Part shown: piece after piece, positions 10,768 through 23,093 of the stretch
Position numbering within the stretch: the first letter of the stretch is position 1
Layout of the letters: each line of letters starts with the position of its first letter
Source: Rebecca billardiae RCC1528
Lineage: Eukaryota; Protista; Haptophyta
Reading direction: 5' to 3'
Assembly (NCBI GenBank): GCA_965240325.2
Contig: OZ251239.1
Location: 930,001-994,000, forward strand
DNA length: 64,000 nucleotides
The notes under the pieces: generated by a model
Told to the model about the DNA's origin: nothing
Databases searched by the model: none
Seen by the model: the letters and a program-made list of their open reading frames with translations, nothing else
Translations under genes and position numbers: made by a program

Positions 10768-13700
10768 ACGACGGACAACGAGGGCGCGGAGGAGGAGGCG
10801 GCGGCGGCGGCGGCGCGAACGCCGAGCGGCGGCGGCGCGCGGCCGAGCGTACGCGCGCGCCGCGCGATCGCAGCCGCCGCCGCCGCCGCCGCCGCGCCGC
10901 TGCTGCCGCCGCCGCCCGCGGGCGGCTCGCGCGTGCGCGCGGCGCTGCGCGCCGCGCTCGCCGAGCCCGAGCCCTCCACCGACGCCGCGCAGCTCGCCGA
11001 CTCTCTCCTCGGCGCGCTCTGTGGCACGCCGGCGCTGCTCGAGCGAGCGTCCGCGCGGCCGCACGCGATGAGCCTGTTCTGTGAGTTTGTCCCGTACGCG
11101 CCTCGCGCGCCGGGCGCGGGCGGCGGCGGCGGCGAGGCGGGCGGCGGCGAGGGCGGCGCGTCGGCGGGCGGCGCGGCGGGCGGCGGCGCGTGGCCGGGCC
11201 GCTACGGCTGGGTGGTCGACGGCGGCGCGCCGGGCGGCGCGCCGCGCCCAACCCTCGCGTCGCGGGAGCAGTGCCCGCCGCGCGGCTCCCGCGCCGTGTG
11301 CGCGGCGTGGCTTCGGCTCTGGGCCGCCGTGCGCTCCCCGGGGCGGCTGCCGTGCGCGCCCGCGCTCACCGCGGCGCTGCTGCGCGGCGTCGCCTCCGCC
11401 GAGCCGCAGACGCAGAAGCTCGCGCTCAGCGCGGCGCTCCGACTGCCGTCCCTCGAGCGAGCGAGGCCGCACGCGGCCGCGCTCGCGCGCGTGGCGGACG
11501 GCGTCACGTTTCGGGACGCGCTCGCGCAGCTGCGGCTGCAGGGCGGCGCGGGCGCGAGCGGCGGCGGCGGCGCCGCCGACGCCGCCGCCAACGCCGCGGC
11601 GGACGACGAGGAGGGCCCGGAGGACGGCGCGGGCGGCGGCGCCTTTGTGCGCGAGACGGCGCGTGACGCGCTTGTGCCTCTGCTGTGCCGAGTGCTGTTC
11701 GGGCGCATGCTGCAGCGAGCGGGCCGCGGCGCGACCAAGGCGACTGCCGCCGCGCGGCGCGCGACGGTGCTCGCGTGGTGCGGCGCCTCGCTGCGCCCCG
11801 CCGAGCTGCGCACGATGGTGGCGCTGGCGCTGGCGCCTTTTGAGCCGAGCGGCGGCGGCGCGGACGGCGGCGGCGGCGCGGACGGCGGCGGCGGCGCGGA
11901 CGGCGGCGGCGCGGGCGGCGGCGGCGCGGACGGCGACGGCGGCGGCGCGTTTGCGCCCTCGTCCGCCGCCGCGGACGGCGGCGGCGCGGACGGCGCGAGC
12001 CCTCCGCTCGTCGCCGCCGTGGCTCGGGCGAGCGGCGCGCAGCGCGCCGGCGCCGTGCGGATGTGTGCGGACATGCTGACGCACTGGGGCGCGCGCGGGC
12101 TTGCGCCCCACGCGGCCGCGGTGAGTGCGTTCGCGCTCGCCGCCCTTGTGCGCGCCGCCGCGGCGGTGCACGCTCTGGCGCCCAGTGGCGCGGCGGACGC
12201 GGAGCCGCCGCCGCTGCCCAGCGCCGTGCTCGCCGCCGCCGGCGGCGCCGAGCCGTCCGAGACACTGTCGGGCGCGCGCGAGGCGCGCGCATCCGCGCTG
12301 CGACTGTGTGCGCAGCTGCTCGCGGCGTTTCCGTCCGCGCTCGGCCGCGGCGCGTGGGCGCGGCACGTGTGCGCCGCGGCCACGCCCGCGCTGCGCGCGC
12401 TGCCGACACTGTACACGCAGGCATCCTCGGCGCAGCTCGAGCTCGCGTGCGCGTGCGCGGCCGAGCGCTCGCTCTGGGGTCTGCTGGCTGACACCCCCGA
12501 GCTGCTGCGAGCGCCGATCGAGGCGCTCGGCGCGCGACGCGTGGCGCCCGCCGTCGCGGACGGCGCGCTCCGCGTCTGCGAGGCGCTGCTTGACGCGGAC
12601 GGCGAGGAGGGCGGCGCGGCGCCGCGCGGCGGGGCAGCCGCCGGTGCCGCGGGTCGCGCTGCCGCCGCCGGCGCCGCCGACGCCGCCGACGGCGCTCACG
12701 ACAGCGCAGACGGCGCCGCTGCCGCCGCAGCCGCCGCCGACCCCTCGCCCCTCGACGCGCACGCGCCGCTGCTGCTCGCGCAGCTTCGTACGTACCTCGG
12801 CGCGACGCTCGGCTCGGGCGCGCGGCGCGCGCCCGGCGGCGCGTCCGCCGCCTCGGCCGCGCGCGCGCTGCGCGTGCTCTGCCTCCTCGCGCCCAGGGTG
12901 CGCGCGGCCGCGGACGCCGACGCGCTCGCGAGCCTGCTGCTGCCGTGGATTGGCGCGCGCGCGCGCGCGCCGCCCAGCGTGGCGGTTGGCGTGCTCGACG
13001 TGCTGGGCGCCCTCGCCGGGCGCGTGGAGCGCGCGGGCGCGCTCGCCGACGCGCTCGGCGCCGCGTTCGGCACGAGCCCGCCCGCGCTCGCCGCCGCCGG
13101 CGCGGACGGCGGCGGCGGCGGCGCGGCGCAGCGCGCGCGCGCGCTGCTGCGCGCCTACACAGCACTCGCCGCCGCGCGCCCCGAGCTGGAGCTCGGGCGC
13201 ACCGCCGCGCTGCTTCGCGGGCTGGCGGGCGACGAGCACGCCGGCGCTCCCGCCTCCGCGCAGCCGCCGCCGCCGCCGCCCAAGCCGGGGCGGGACGCGA
13301 TCCTCGACCTCGAGCGCGGGCTGGACGCGCGCGCGCGCGCGCTCGCCGGCGCCGTCGACGAAGCCAGCTTCCTGCGCGGCGCGAGCGCGCGCGCGCTCGC
13401 TCCGCTGTGCCATGCCCTCGTCGCCGAGGTGGTGGGCGTGCGCGGCGCGGAGGCGGCCGGCGGGACGGAGGCGGCGGTGCGGCACGCGAGCGCGGCCGCG
13501 CTCACGCGGCTCGCGCGCCACGCCGCGAGCCGCGCGGCCGAGGCGCGCGGCGCGGCCGAGGCGGCGGCGTGGCGCGCCGCGCTCGAACATTCCGTGCTCC
13601 GCGCCGCGCGCCCAGCGTTTAGTGGCCGCGTCGGCGCGGGTGCGGACGAGGGCGTGACGCGGGTGTACGCGCGCGTGCTCGCGACCGCGCTGCGCGCCGA

Positions 13701-14285
13701 CGCGGGCCTCGCGCCGCAGCTCAGCCTGCTCGTCGCGCCGCTCGGCGGCGCGGCGGACAGCGCGCTCCTCGACGAGATCGCGGACGTGCAGCACGCGGCG
13801 CGCCGGCGCGCGCTCATGCGCATCGCGCCGCGCGTGCGCGCTCGCGAGATGCCGGCGGCAGCGCTCGCGCGCACGCTGCTGCCGCTCGCGGTGGCGTACG
13901 CGTGCGCGGAGGGCGCGGCGTGGGCGGAGGCGGGCGACGAGGCGGCGCGGCTGCTCGGCGCGATCGCCTCCGCGCTGCCCTGGCGCGCCTACGCCGGCCT
14001 CCTGCGCACCCTCCTCGCCCGCGCCGACGATGAGGCCGTGAGCGCCGCGGTGGAGCGACGGCTCTCTCGCGCGCTCGGAAACGTGATCGCGGAGTTCGCG
14101 GCGCCGCACGCGCGCGCGGCCGCGGAGGGCGAGGGCGGCGCCGAGGCGGAGGAGGGCGGCGCGCGCGGCGGTGCGCAGGAGGAGGAGGCGGAGGAGGACG
14201 AGGAGGAGGAGGAGGAGGGGGGCGCGCCCGCCGACGACGGCGCCGCGCCCGCCGCCGCGCCGCGCGCGGGCGCGCCCGCCGCCGC

Positions 14286-14316
<31 letters not shown>

Positions 14317-17300
14317 GCCGACGCCGACCGCGCGGCGCGCGTGCGGCGCGCGCTGCGGCGCACGTGGCTGCCGCTGCTGTACGCGCGGCTCGAGGCGGCC
14401 GCGCCGCCGAGCTCGCGCGAGGCCGGCGGCGCGCGCCCCGGCGACCCCATCGTCACCGGCGCCAAGGCCGCCGCGGGCGCGGCGGGCGGGCGCGGCGGCG
14501 CCGAGCGCGGCGGCGCGTCGCGCGGGCGCGCGCACCGGCTGGCGCTCGCGCTGCCGCTGCTGCGCTGCCTGCAGGCTCTGCCGCGCGACGAGTTCAGCGC
14601 GGAGCTGCCGCGCCTGCTGCTCCGCGTGTGCGCCGCGCTGCGCTCGCGCGACGAGGACGTCCGCGCCGCCGCGCGCGCCGCGCTCTGCGACCTCGCCGCT
14701 GCCCTCGGCCCGGCGCATGCGGCCGCGGTCGCGCGCGAGGCGCGCCGCGCGCTCTCGAAAGGGTTTGAGCTGCACGTGTTCGCGGTGACGCTGCACGCGG
14801 TGGTGACGCGCGTGTGCGAGGGCGCGCCGCCGGGCGCGCTCGACGAGTGCGTCGGCTACCTCGCGCGCCTCGCCACCGACGACGCCTTCGGCGCCGCCGA
14901 GGCGCGCCGCGCAGTCGCCGCGCACGCGGCAAAGACGCGCGAGGCTCGGCAGGCCGGCGGTCGCTCGCTTCTCGTGCTGCGAGCGCTCGGCGAGAAGGTG
15001 ACGTTCGCGCCGGCGGCGCTGAACGCGCTGCTCGCGCCGCTGCTGCAGCGCTGCGCGGCCGCGGCGGCCGCCGACGCCGACGCCGACGCCGCCGGCGACG
15101 CGGACGGCGCCGATGCGGAGTTCGGCGACGGCGCGGCGGCGGGCGCGCCCGGCGGCGGCGCGGGCGGCGGCGGCGAGCTGCGATCTCGCGAGGCGAGATT
15201 GGAGCGGGCGCTGGCGCACATCGCGGCGGGCGTGCGCGCCAACCCGACGGTGGAGGCGCGCGCACTGTGCCGCTTCGTGCGCGGGATGGTCCTCCACGCA
15301 CTCGCCGACGCCGACGACACGCACGCCGCGGCTGGCGGCGGCGGCGGCGGCGGCGGCGGCGCGGGCGGCGGCGGCGCCGCCGCCGCCGCCGACGGCGGCG
15401 GCGGCGCGCGCGCGGTCGCGGCGCGCGCGCGCCGCGACGCCGACGCCCGGCTGATCGCGAATGGCGCGCGCGCGGGCGGGCGCGGCACCGCGCTCCCCGC
15501 CGCGCCCGCGCGCGCGCTCGCGCCCGCGTGGGCCGCCTTCGCGCTCGCGCTGCTTCGCGACGCGCTGCGCGGCGGCGCGCGCGCACGCGTGCGCCTCTGC
15601 GAGCCGTCGCACGCGGCGCTGCTGCCGCCGCTGTGGCCGGTGCTGGCGCGGTGCATCGACCACCCGCACCCGCGGCTGAGCGCGCTCGCGCTCAGCCTGA
15701 CGACGACGCTCGTGCGCGCGCCGCCGCCGCCGCCGCCGCCCGCGCCGCCGCCCGGCGGCGCGCACGCCGCCGCCGAGCCCGCCGCCGAGCCCGCCGCCGC
15801 CGCGCCGCGCGCCGCGCTGCTGCGCGCGTGCCTGCGGCGCCTGCAGACGCTCAGCGCGCAGCACGCGGCCGCGGGCGCGGCGGCGGAGGACGACGACCTG
15901 GGCGCGGCGGTGCGCGCGCTCGCGGCGCTCATACGCGCGCCGCCCGTCGCGCGGCGCGCGCCGAGCGCCGCCGCGCCCGCCGCCGCGCCGCCCGCCGCGC
16001 CGCCCGCCGCCGACGGCGCCGGCGCGGGCGCGGACGGCGGCGCAGACGCGGACGCCCTGTATGCGCGCGCGGACGCGGACGCGGACGAGCGCGACGGCGG
16101 CGAGGAGGAGGAGCTGGAGGGGGCGGCGGCGGCCGCCGCCGACGGCGCCAACGAGGCAGCCGATGCCTCCGCCGACGACGCGGCACAGCCGCCCGGCGGC
16201 GGAGGCGGCGGCGGCGGCGCGCGGCGGCGGCGCGCGGCGCGCGCGGCGCGCAACGCGCCAGCTGCTGGCACGCTGAGCGACGGGCAGCTGAGCTGGCTGC
16301 TCGACTGGTGCCACGCGCGGCTGCAGCACACGGCGCCGCCGGCGTGCGTGTTCGCGCTGCTCCGCGCGATCATCGGCCGGCGGTACGTCGCCGACCGCCT
16401 CTACGCCATCGGCGAGCGGCTGTGTGAACTCGTCCTGACGGCGGACGACGCAACGGCGCGCGACGAGGCCGGCGCGCTTGCGGTCTCGATCCTTCTTCGG
16501 TACCCGCTCGGCGACGCGCGGGCGCACGCGTGGCTGCAGCGGTTCGCGGCGAGCCTGGCGTTCTCGCGCGTGGACGGGCGGCGCTCCGTGCTGCGCGCGT
16601 ACGCCGCCGTGCTCCGCAGGCTGCCGCCCCGCGCCCTCGCCAAGTGGTCTCAGCTTTTATTCGTGCCGCTCGTTCCGAGGCTCTCGGCCGAAGCCGACGC
16701 GCAATGTCGGGAGAGCGTGCGGCTGTGCGCGCGCACGCTGCTCGCGAGGCTCGCGCCCGCGACGGGCGACGGCGGCGATGGCGGGCGCGCGCTCGGCGCG
16801 CTGCTGCGCCTCGTGCTGCTCTGGCTCACGGCGGAGGATCCGCTCATGCGGTGCGCGCGCGCCGCGCGTGCTCCACACACACAGCCGCGCGCCGCGCGCC
16901 TGTGCGCGCGCGCGCGCCCGCGCGCGCCGCGCGCGCCGACTGACGCCGCGCGCGTGCGCGCCGCGCGCGCCGCGCGGGCGTGCGCAGCGGAGCGGCGGCG
17001 CAGGTGGCGGCGCTCGCGGCGCCGTTCCTCACGCCGGGCCCGGGCGGCACGGCCGCCGCGCTGCTCGCCGCACTCAGCGCTAACCTTGCCGACGCCGCGG
17101 CGGACGCGGACGCGGACCGCGCCGAAGCCGCGGCCGCGCCGACGCGCGCCGCCGCCGAGGCCGCCGACGGCGGCGGCGGCGGCGGCGACGGCGGCGGTGG
17201 CAGCGCTGAGCGGAGGCCGCCGCCGCCGCCGCGGCGCACGGACGGCAGCTGGGCGGCGGCGTACCAATGCGTGCGCGCCGTCGAGGCGTGTGTCGGCGCG

Positions 17301-18519
17301 GACGCCGCCCTCGCCGCCGACCCGTCACTGCACGAGCTATGGGCCACCGACCTCCTCCCGCGCCTCTGCGCATTTCCACACCTGTGGGTGCGCGTGGGCG
17401 CGGCGCGGCTTGTCGGTGCGTGCCGCGCGCCGCGCGCCGCGCGCCGCGCCGCGCCGCGCCGCGCGCGCGCCTGGGCTGAGCGCGCGGGCGTGCGCGCGCG
17501 GGCCCGCGCTGCCGAGGTCTGGGCTGGCCCCTGAGCACCGCCGCCCGCCCTCACGCCCGCCGCCACGCCCGCCGCCACGCCCGCCACACGCGCTCTCGGC
17601 TGCAGGCTGGTACCTGGGCGCTCTCGCGCCGTCGGCCGCCGATCCCGCCGCCGCCGCCGAGCTGCTGCCGCCCGCGGACACGCCGACGCTGCTTGCGCTG
17701 CTGCGTGCGGCGTGCGCGCAGCTCACGGACACCGCCGGTGCGCCCGACGCGGCGCTCGCGACGCAGGCGGCGAAGAACGCGCTAGCGGTGTGCCTCCGCC
17801 TGCAGGGCGGACCGCCGCAGAACTGGCCGACGGAGGAGGACGAGGCGGCCGCGCCGCTGCGCGTGTGGCTGCGCGGCCGGCGCGCGGCGCGCGCCGCGCG
17901 GCGCGACGACGACGACGAGGAGGATCAGCACGGCGCGCGCGGCGCCGCGGACGTCGTCGACGCCGCCGCGGCGGACGCGGACGACGACGCCGCCGACGCG
18001 GACGCCGACGGCGGCGCGCTGTGCTGGGTCATCCCCGCCGTCGTCCGCCGCCTCGGCGCGCGCGCGCGCGCGCCCGCCGCGCGCGCCGCCACACTTAGGC
18101 TATACGGCGCGCTGGGCGCGCATCTCTCTCCCGCCGCGCTGCGCTGCCTGCTGCCGACGGCGCTGACGCCGCTCGCGTTCGCCGCGGACGATCGGTCGGG
18201 CGCGGTGGACGAGCCCTCGCGCGCGCTCGCCGCCGGCGTGCTGCAGCTCTTCCAGGAGCGCGCGGGCGACGAAGCCTACTTGCAAGCGTACGCGCGCGCG
18301 CGGGAGGCGCTCGCGCGCGCGCGCGTCGCGCGCCGCAGGCGGCTGGCGGTCGAGGCGGTAACGGACGTGCTGGGCGCGACGAAGCGCAAGGCGGACAAGC
18401 ACCGCGCCAAGCACGCGTCCAAGAAGCGCAAGCTGCACGCGCAGAAGCGCCAGGCGTCCGCCGCCGGCGGCCTCGGCTTTGGCAAGGCGCGCAAGCGCGC
18501 GCGCCGCGCCGCGCCGTGA
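7909..18519 (+). CDS. UTP20: UTP20 / DRIM, small-subunit processome HEAT-repeat protein. Predicted exons 7909-16850, 16988-17415, 17606-18519 (~3427 aa)
   Basis: N-terminal HRFRTVAQRVAAVD..LDKWRELDLS; central LRSRDEDVRAAAR..LSKGFELHVFAVTLH; late LRYPLG..F..SLAFSRVDGR; basic C-terminal tail. Two GT..CAG introns (137 and 190 nt) restore a sensible frame. Confidence 0.88.
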
Positions 18520-18651
18520 TGCCAAGCAGCCAGCAGGGCAGCAGGCGCCCGGAGCGGCCGGAGCCGGCCGCCTCGACAACGTCGCGCCGTTGCTCCTTGT
18601 CAGCAGCACGCCTAGTAGCATATATCATCAGCATATCATCAGCATATCCGA

Positions 18652-18684
<33 letters not shown>

Positions 18685-19525
18685 ATATATATATATTTAT
18701 GCTGTCTAGCCGTCCTCGCGAACGTCAACGCCGACGCCATCTGCTGGCCGAAGGTGGGCACGCTGCCTGGCATGTCGATGCCAAGGCGGCTGCCTGTGTT
18801 CCTACTCAGTGGGATTTACGTGTCCTCATGCAAAGGCGAGCGGCAGCAGATGCGGTGGGCATGCCGCGCCGAAAGATGTTGGTCGGTGCACGCGACGCGC
18901 CACCCGCGTGCGAGCCGCAGCCGCCGGCGACGCAGGACGCGACATGGCTGGATGCCCGCGCCACGGCTGCAGAGCCCGAGAAGCCGATGATATGGCGATC
19001 GGAGATCTTTGGCCGGTATATAACAGAAAATGCCGGACGGACTGTTTGTCCGGGAGCAGCTCGTTGAGGCCATGGTCCGGTAGAGGGCGATGGAGCTGAT
19101 GAGCGGCGCTGGCGCCTGGCGTCCGTGTCGTCCTCTTAGACAATCAGTTATTGTACCAATAACCCCACATATATATATAAATATATAAATATATATATAT
19201 ATGTGTGTACCGCCGCGGCGCTAGCAGCTGCTGTGCTGGTGCATCCGAGTCCGAGCATTATAATGTGCATGAGCAGTAGTAGCAGTACTTGATGATGCGA
19301 TAGCAGGCGCTGCAGGCGGACTGCGGCGCTGATGTGATACGCACGGATGATGACGACGACGACGGTGGCGGTGGCGCGCGTGCGCGCCTGAGATTGCCAA
19401 GCTCACTCAAAGTCGTCAAATTTTGTCAAAGCTATGGACGTACTTTACGTACAGCAGTACTTTACGCGACAATAGCCGCGTCGTACTAATATCAAAACCA
19501 GTTTCCAGGTCTCTCTTCGGAGAGC

Positions 19526-19596
19526 GTGCGATGAAGGATGGCGCGGCAACCTGCCACCGTGAGCCTTACGCACGTTAATAAAACAAATAAACTGTA
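19526..19596 (+). promoter_or_regulatory. Conserved ~70-bp module (hairpin plus AT-rich tail) 30 bp upstream of the NYN gene ATG; second copy at 53598-53649 + 56453-56467
   Basis: gatggcgcggcaacctgccaccgtgagccttacgcacgttaa is identical in both copies and is followed by aacaaataaactgta. The regulatory role is inferred from position only. Confidence 0.55.
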
Positions 19597-19626
19597 GCTG
19601 GCTAGCTGCTGCATCCCAAGCACACG

Positions 19627-20428
19627 ATGGCGGCGGCGATGCATCGTGCGCTGCTGATGCGACGCTGTGCACGCCCTGCATCGGCCGCGCCCTGCGTCGG
19701 CGCCCTGCGTCGGCCGTGGCGGCGCTTCGCGCACGCACAGGGCGCGTCGGACCGCCTCCCCGTCGCCATCTTCGTCGACCTCGACAACGTCAAGCCCGAC
19801 CTCTTTGGCGACGACGACGTGCATGCGTGGGTCCAGCCGTTCAAAGCGTTTGCGCGCGCCGCGGGCGAGCTGGTGCGCTTCGACGCGTTCAGCAACCTGG
19901 CGACGCGGACGTACGAGTCGCGAGAGGAGCGGAGCCGGCTCGAGGGCGCGCTCCTCGAGCAGGCCTGGCACGAGTGGGACGGCGAGCACGCGGCGAGCGG
20001 CGTGGATGACGAAGGCATCCTGCGCTGCGGCGTGTGCGGCCGCAGGATGAAGCTCAACCGGAAGGACGTCAAGAAGGGGATGACGGCCGAGGACAAGCTG
20101 GTGAAGCACATGCGAGAGCTGCACGACAACGAGCAGCGCAAGCGGATCAACCGCGCCAACATGCTGCGCGGCAAGGGGCGCGCCAAAATCCTCCAGAGCG
20201 ACAAGGTGCAGAAGTACAACCTGGCGGTGCTCGGGCGCAGCGACAAGCCCGCGCTCGGGCCGACGCGCACGCGTAGCGGCAGGCCGCGGAACGAGCTGGT
20301 GCCGCGGCTCCGCGCGCACGGGGTTAAGTGCGTCGCCGCGCAAGACGTCGACCTCGAGCTGCGCAAGGGCGCCGAGAGGTGGCTGAGGAGCGTGCGCGCC
20401 CAGCACCGCAACACGGACGCGCACACGA

Positions 20429-20485
<57 letters not shown>

Positions 20486-20985
20486 CAGGCACGGCGGCGG
20501 CGCCGCCGAGCGCGACGAGGCGAGAAGAGGGCGCGGAGATGCGCGCTGTCGGCTCGGTCGGCCAGCCGGATGCCGAGGCGGCGGCGCTGCGCGGCTGCCT
20601 GGTCGTCGTCTCGGAGGACAAGGGCTTCCGCGGCCTGCTCGGCAACGCGCGCGAGCACGGCTTTGTCGCGATCACGGCCACTCCCGCCAGCTTGCGGCAG
20701 ACGCCGGGGCTCTTGCTAAGTGCGGATGTTGTGCTCACGGCGTCGGGCGCGCCGCCGCGGCCGCCGCGAGCCGGCGGCGGCGGGGCCGAGCGCGCACACC
20801 CCGAGCAGGGCTCGTCGGCGCACGCCCCGAGCATGCGCGTGCTGCTGGGCGAGCTCGAGGCCTCCGCGCTCACACCGCGCGGTGCCTGGCTCCTCCGCGC
20901 AGCGTGCACCAGGCAGCACCAGCAGCTGGAGCGGCGCCGCGCGCCGCGCGACGACTTCATCAGTGGTGTCGATAGTCGTGGTTGA
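19627..20985 (+). CDS. NYN-domain (PIN-like nuclease) protein with an inserted C2H2 zinc finger, 452 aa, intronless
   Basis: VAIFVDLDNVKP; CGVCG...LVKHMRELH; QDVD; LVVVSEDKGFRGLLGNAREHG. Arg/Ala-rich N-terminus resembling a transit peptide; (AD)n tract. Confidence 0.8.
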
Positions 20986-22136
20986 CTACTACATAATGAC
21001 GACGCGATACGTGTGTTGACGATATTACAAGTGCGACAGCAGTAGTGGTTGCTGCTGAGAATGATCTGGCTGACTCGCAGTACCTGAGTGTCGACTGTCG
21101 GCGCGCGGCCGCCGGCCCGCGGGCAGGTGAGCTGCTGCTGGCATTCGGAACGCTCGCGAGGACACGGCGGCAGGGGCGCTCCCCGGCCACGACAGCGAGG
21201 GGCTGGGGATACATGCGCGCTCTCGTGTGCTGGTTGCGCGCGCGATCGCGATCGCACGCGCGCGCGCGCGCTCGCCTTTCACACAGGACGGGTCCGGCAG
21301 CGAGCTCATCGCGGCACGACGCCTCGGATGCACGCGGAGAGGGGATGCATGCGCGGCATCATCACGGGGTAGGAGAATCACCGCGTCCGCTCGAGCGATG
21401 CTGCTTGAGGCTGCCGTCAGCCGCGTGCGTTTCAGGCTTTCGGAGCGACAGCCTGCGGCGTCGCCGCCGCGACGGCAGACAGGAGCGGCGCTGCATAGAC
21501 CGGATGCGGGACTGCCTGCAGTAGCGTCGAGAACTGCTCAGCATCGCATCTTGGACACAAGGAGCAGCGCGCAGCTATCGTCGCCACAGCCGTGCCGTCG
21601 CCACAGCCGTACCAGTCCGCCACCGCTGTGCCGGTGTCAACGCGTCTCCGGCCAGGTTTGGCGGGCGCGAGGGAATGCATCGTTGGGCGACGAGAAGACG
21701 ACGCGAAAAGGGAAATCGTCAAGAACCCGGCGGGTAAAAAGTTAAAAACCCGCCGGCGGTCGAGACGTCGTCGAAAGCTACGGTGTTCATCAGTTTGACT
21801 TGAAACCAGGTCGAGGACTGAACAACGCGTCTGTGACTTAGAATCGGGGTGTCAGTGGGTCAGCCAGTCCGACAGTGCCGCGAGCTGAGCGTCGATCTGA
21901 AAGATGCGCGCGCGAGAGCCGCAGGCCGCAGCTGCTCGCCGGAGCATCCCTCCACTCAGCGCGCACCGCCGAAGCTACCCATTGCAGTCCCAGGTGCGCC
22001 GTCAGACGCAGACTCGCCAGAGTCTCAGCGCGCCTGACATGAGCGCCCGCCCGCGCCCTCGCCGGACCGCGCGCGGCCGACGGGGCGCACTGACCCGCCC
22101 GCCGCCACAGAGGCCCGCCCAAAGCCGGCTGCGCGC

Positions 22137-22806
22137 TCACTTGGTGTACTGCTGGATCGTGTAGTACTTGAGCGCCGACATGCCCGCCTCCGGGTAGTCC
22201 TCCATCGTCACCTGAGCGCCGTGCGCGCGCGCGACGGCAGCGGACGTCGTATGAGCGCGGCGGCGCGAGAGGGGCACCAAGCGTCTCGCGCGCGCGTGCG
22301 CACCTTGAGCGTCTGGTTCTCCGTCTCGACCTCGAGCTTCCCCACGTACTTGACCCGCTCGTCGTTCTTGATCGTCCAGTCGCTGCCGAGCACGTCGCGG
22401 AAGGCGCTGTCCAGCTCCTGCGAGCCACGGCGCGCGGCGTGCACCGCGTGAGAAGCGCGAGCCATGTCGCGCGCGCGCGCTGCGGCCCGCGCGTCGCGGG
22501 GCCGCGGCCGCACCTGTGCGCTCATCTTGTAGGTGTAGATGGCGCGGTACTGCGACTTGTACAATTCGCGGCGGTCCTGGCCCTCCGGGACCTTGAGGCC
22601 TGCACGCGTGGCGCGCGGCCGGTGGCAGCGGGCAGGGGCGTGCTCAGGGCCGGCGCGCGCGCGCGCGGTGCTGCACCGCGCCGACCGGCGCGGCGGCGCG
22701 TCGCGCCGCGGCGCGGAAGGGCGCGCGGCTCGCCGAGCCGCGCATCCCTCCCGCGAGCCCGCCCCCGCGCGCGCCTCGCACCGAAAAAGGCTTCCGCGGC
22801 GCTCAT
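22137..22806 (-). CDS. 4-exon orphan protein, 99 aa (exons 22806-22782, 22599-22514, 22417-22304, 22211-22137)
   Basis: Three GTGCG..CAG introns join in phase to give MSAAEAFFGLKVPEGQDRRELYKSQY...KYYTIQQYTK*. Exons show strong C/G third-position bias. Confidence 0.75.
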
Positions 22807-23093
22807 CGGTCAAGTGGGAGCAGCTGGCTGTGCCCGGTGTCGCGACTGCGCCTTGGCCAACCGACCAAAGCGCCCGCTCGCAACGCGCGGGCCGCCATCT
22901 TTGAACGTGAGCCGGACTCGCCCGCCCGAGTGCGCACTGCGGCACTGCGCAGCCGCGCGCCGGACTGCGCTTTTCGAACCCCCCGCGTGAACGCTGGGCG
23001 CGAATTCAGCGTCGCTCCCACGGTGGGGGCAGCGCAGCCGGGCTGGGGCTCATCGAGGGTCGCATCGTCGCGACGAGCACGCGCGCGCGCGCG

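Noticed and set aside
9733-16527. 2264-aa minus-strand ORF and many other long Arg/Ala/Pro-rich ORFs (e.g. 26170-30945 +, 42851-45448 +)
   Set aside because: Shadow frames of real genes; stops are rare at this GC content and the translations have no motifs.
19526-19575. SECIS element (ATGA..AA..TGAG)
   Set aside because: The apical spacing is too short and the module lies 5' of genes rather than in the 3' UTR of a UGA-containing ORF.
21726-21757. Hairpin ccggcgggt-aaaaagttaaaa-acccgccgg as a Helitron end or terminator
   Set aside because: No CTRR end at the expected distance and no other support; a 9-bp GC stem can occur by chance.
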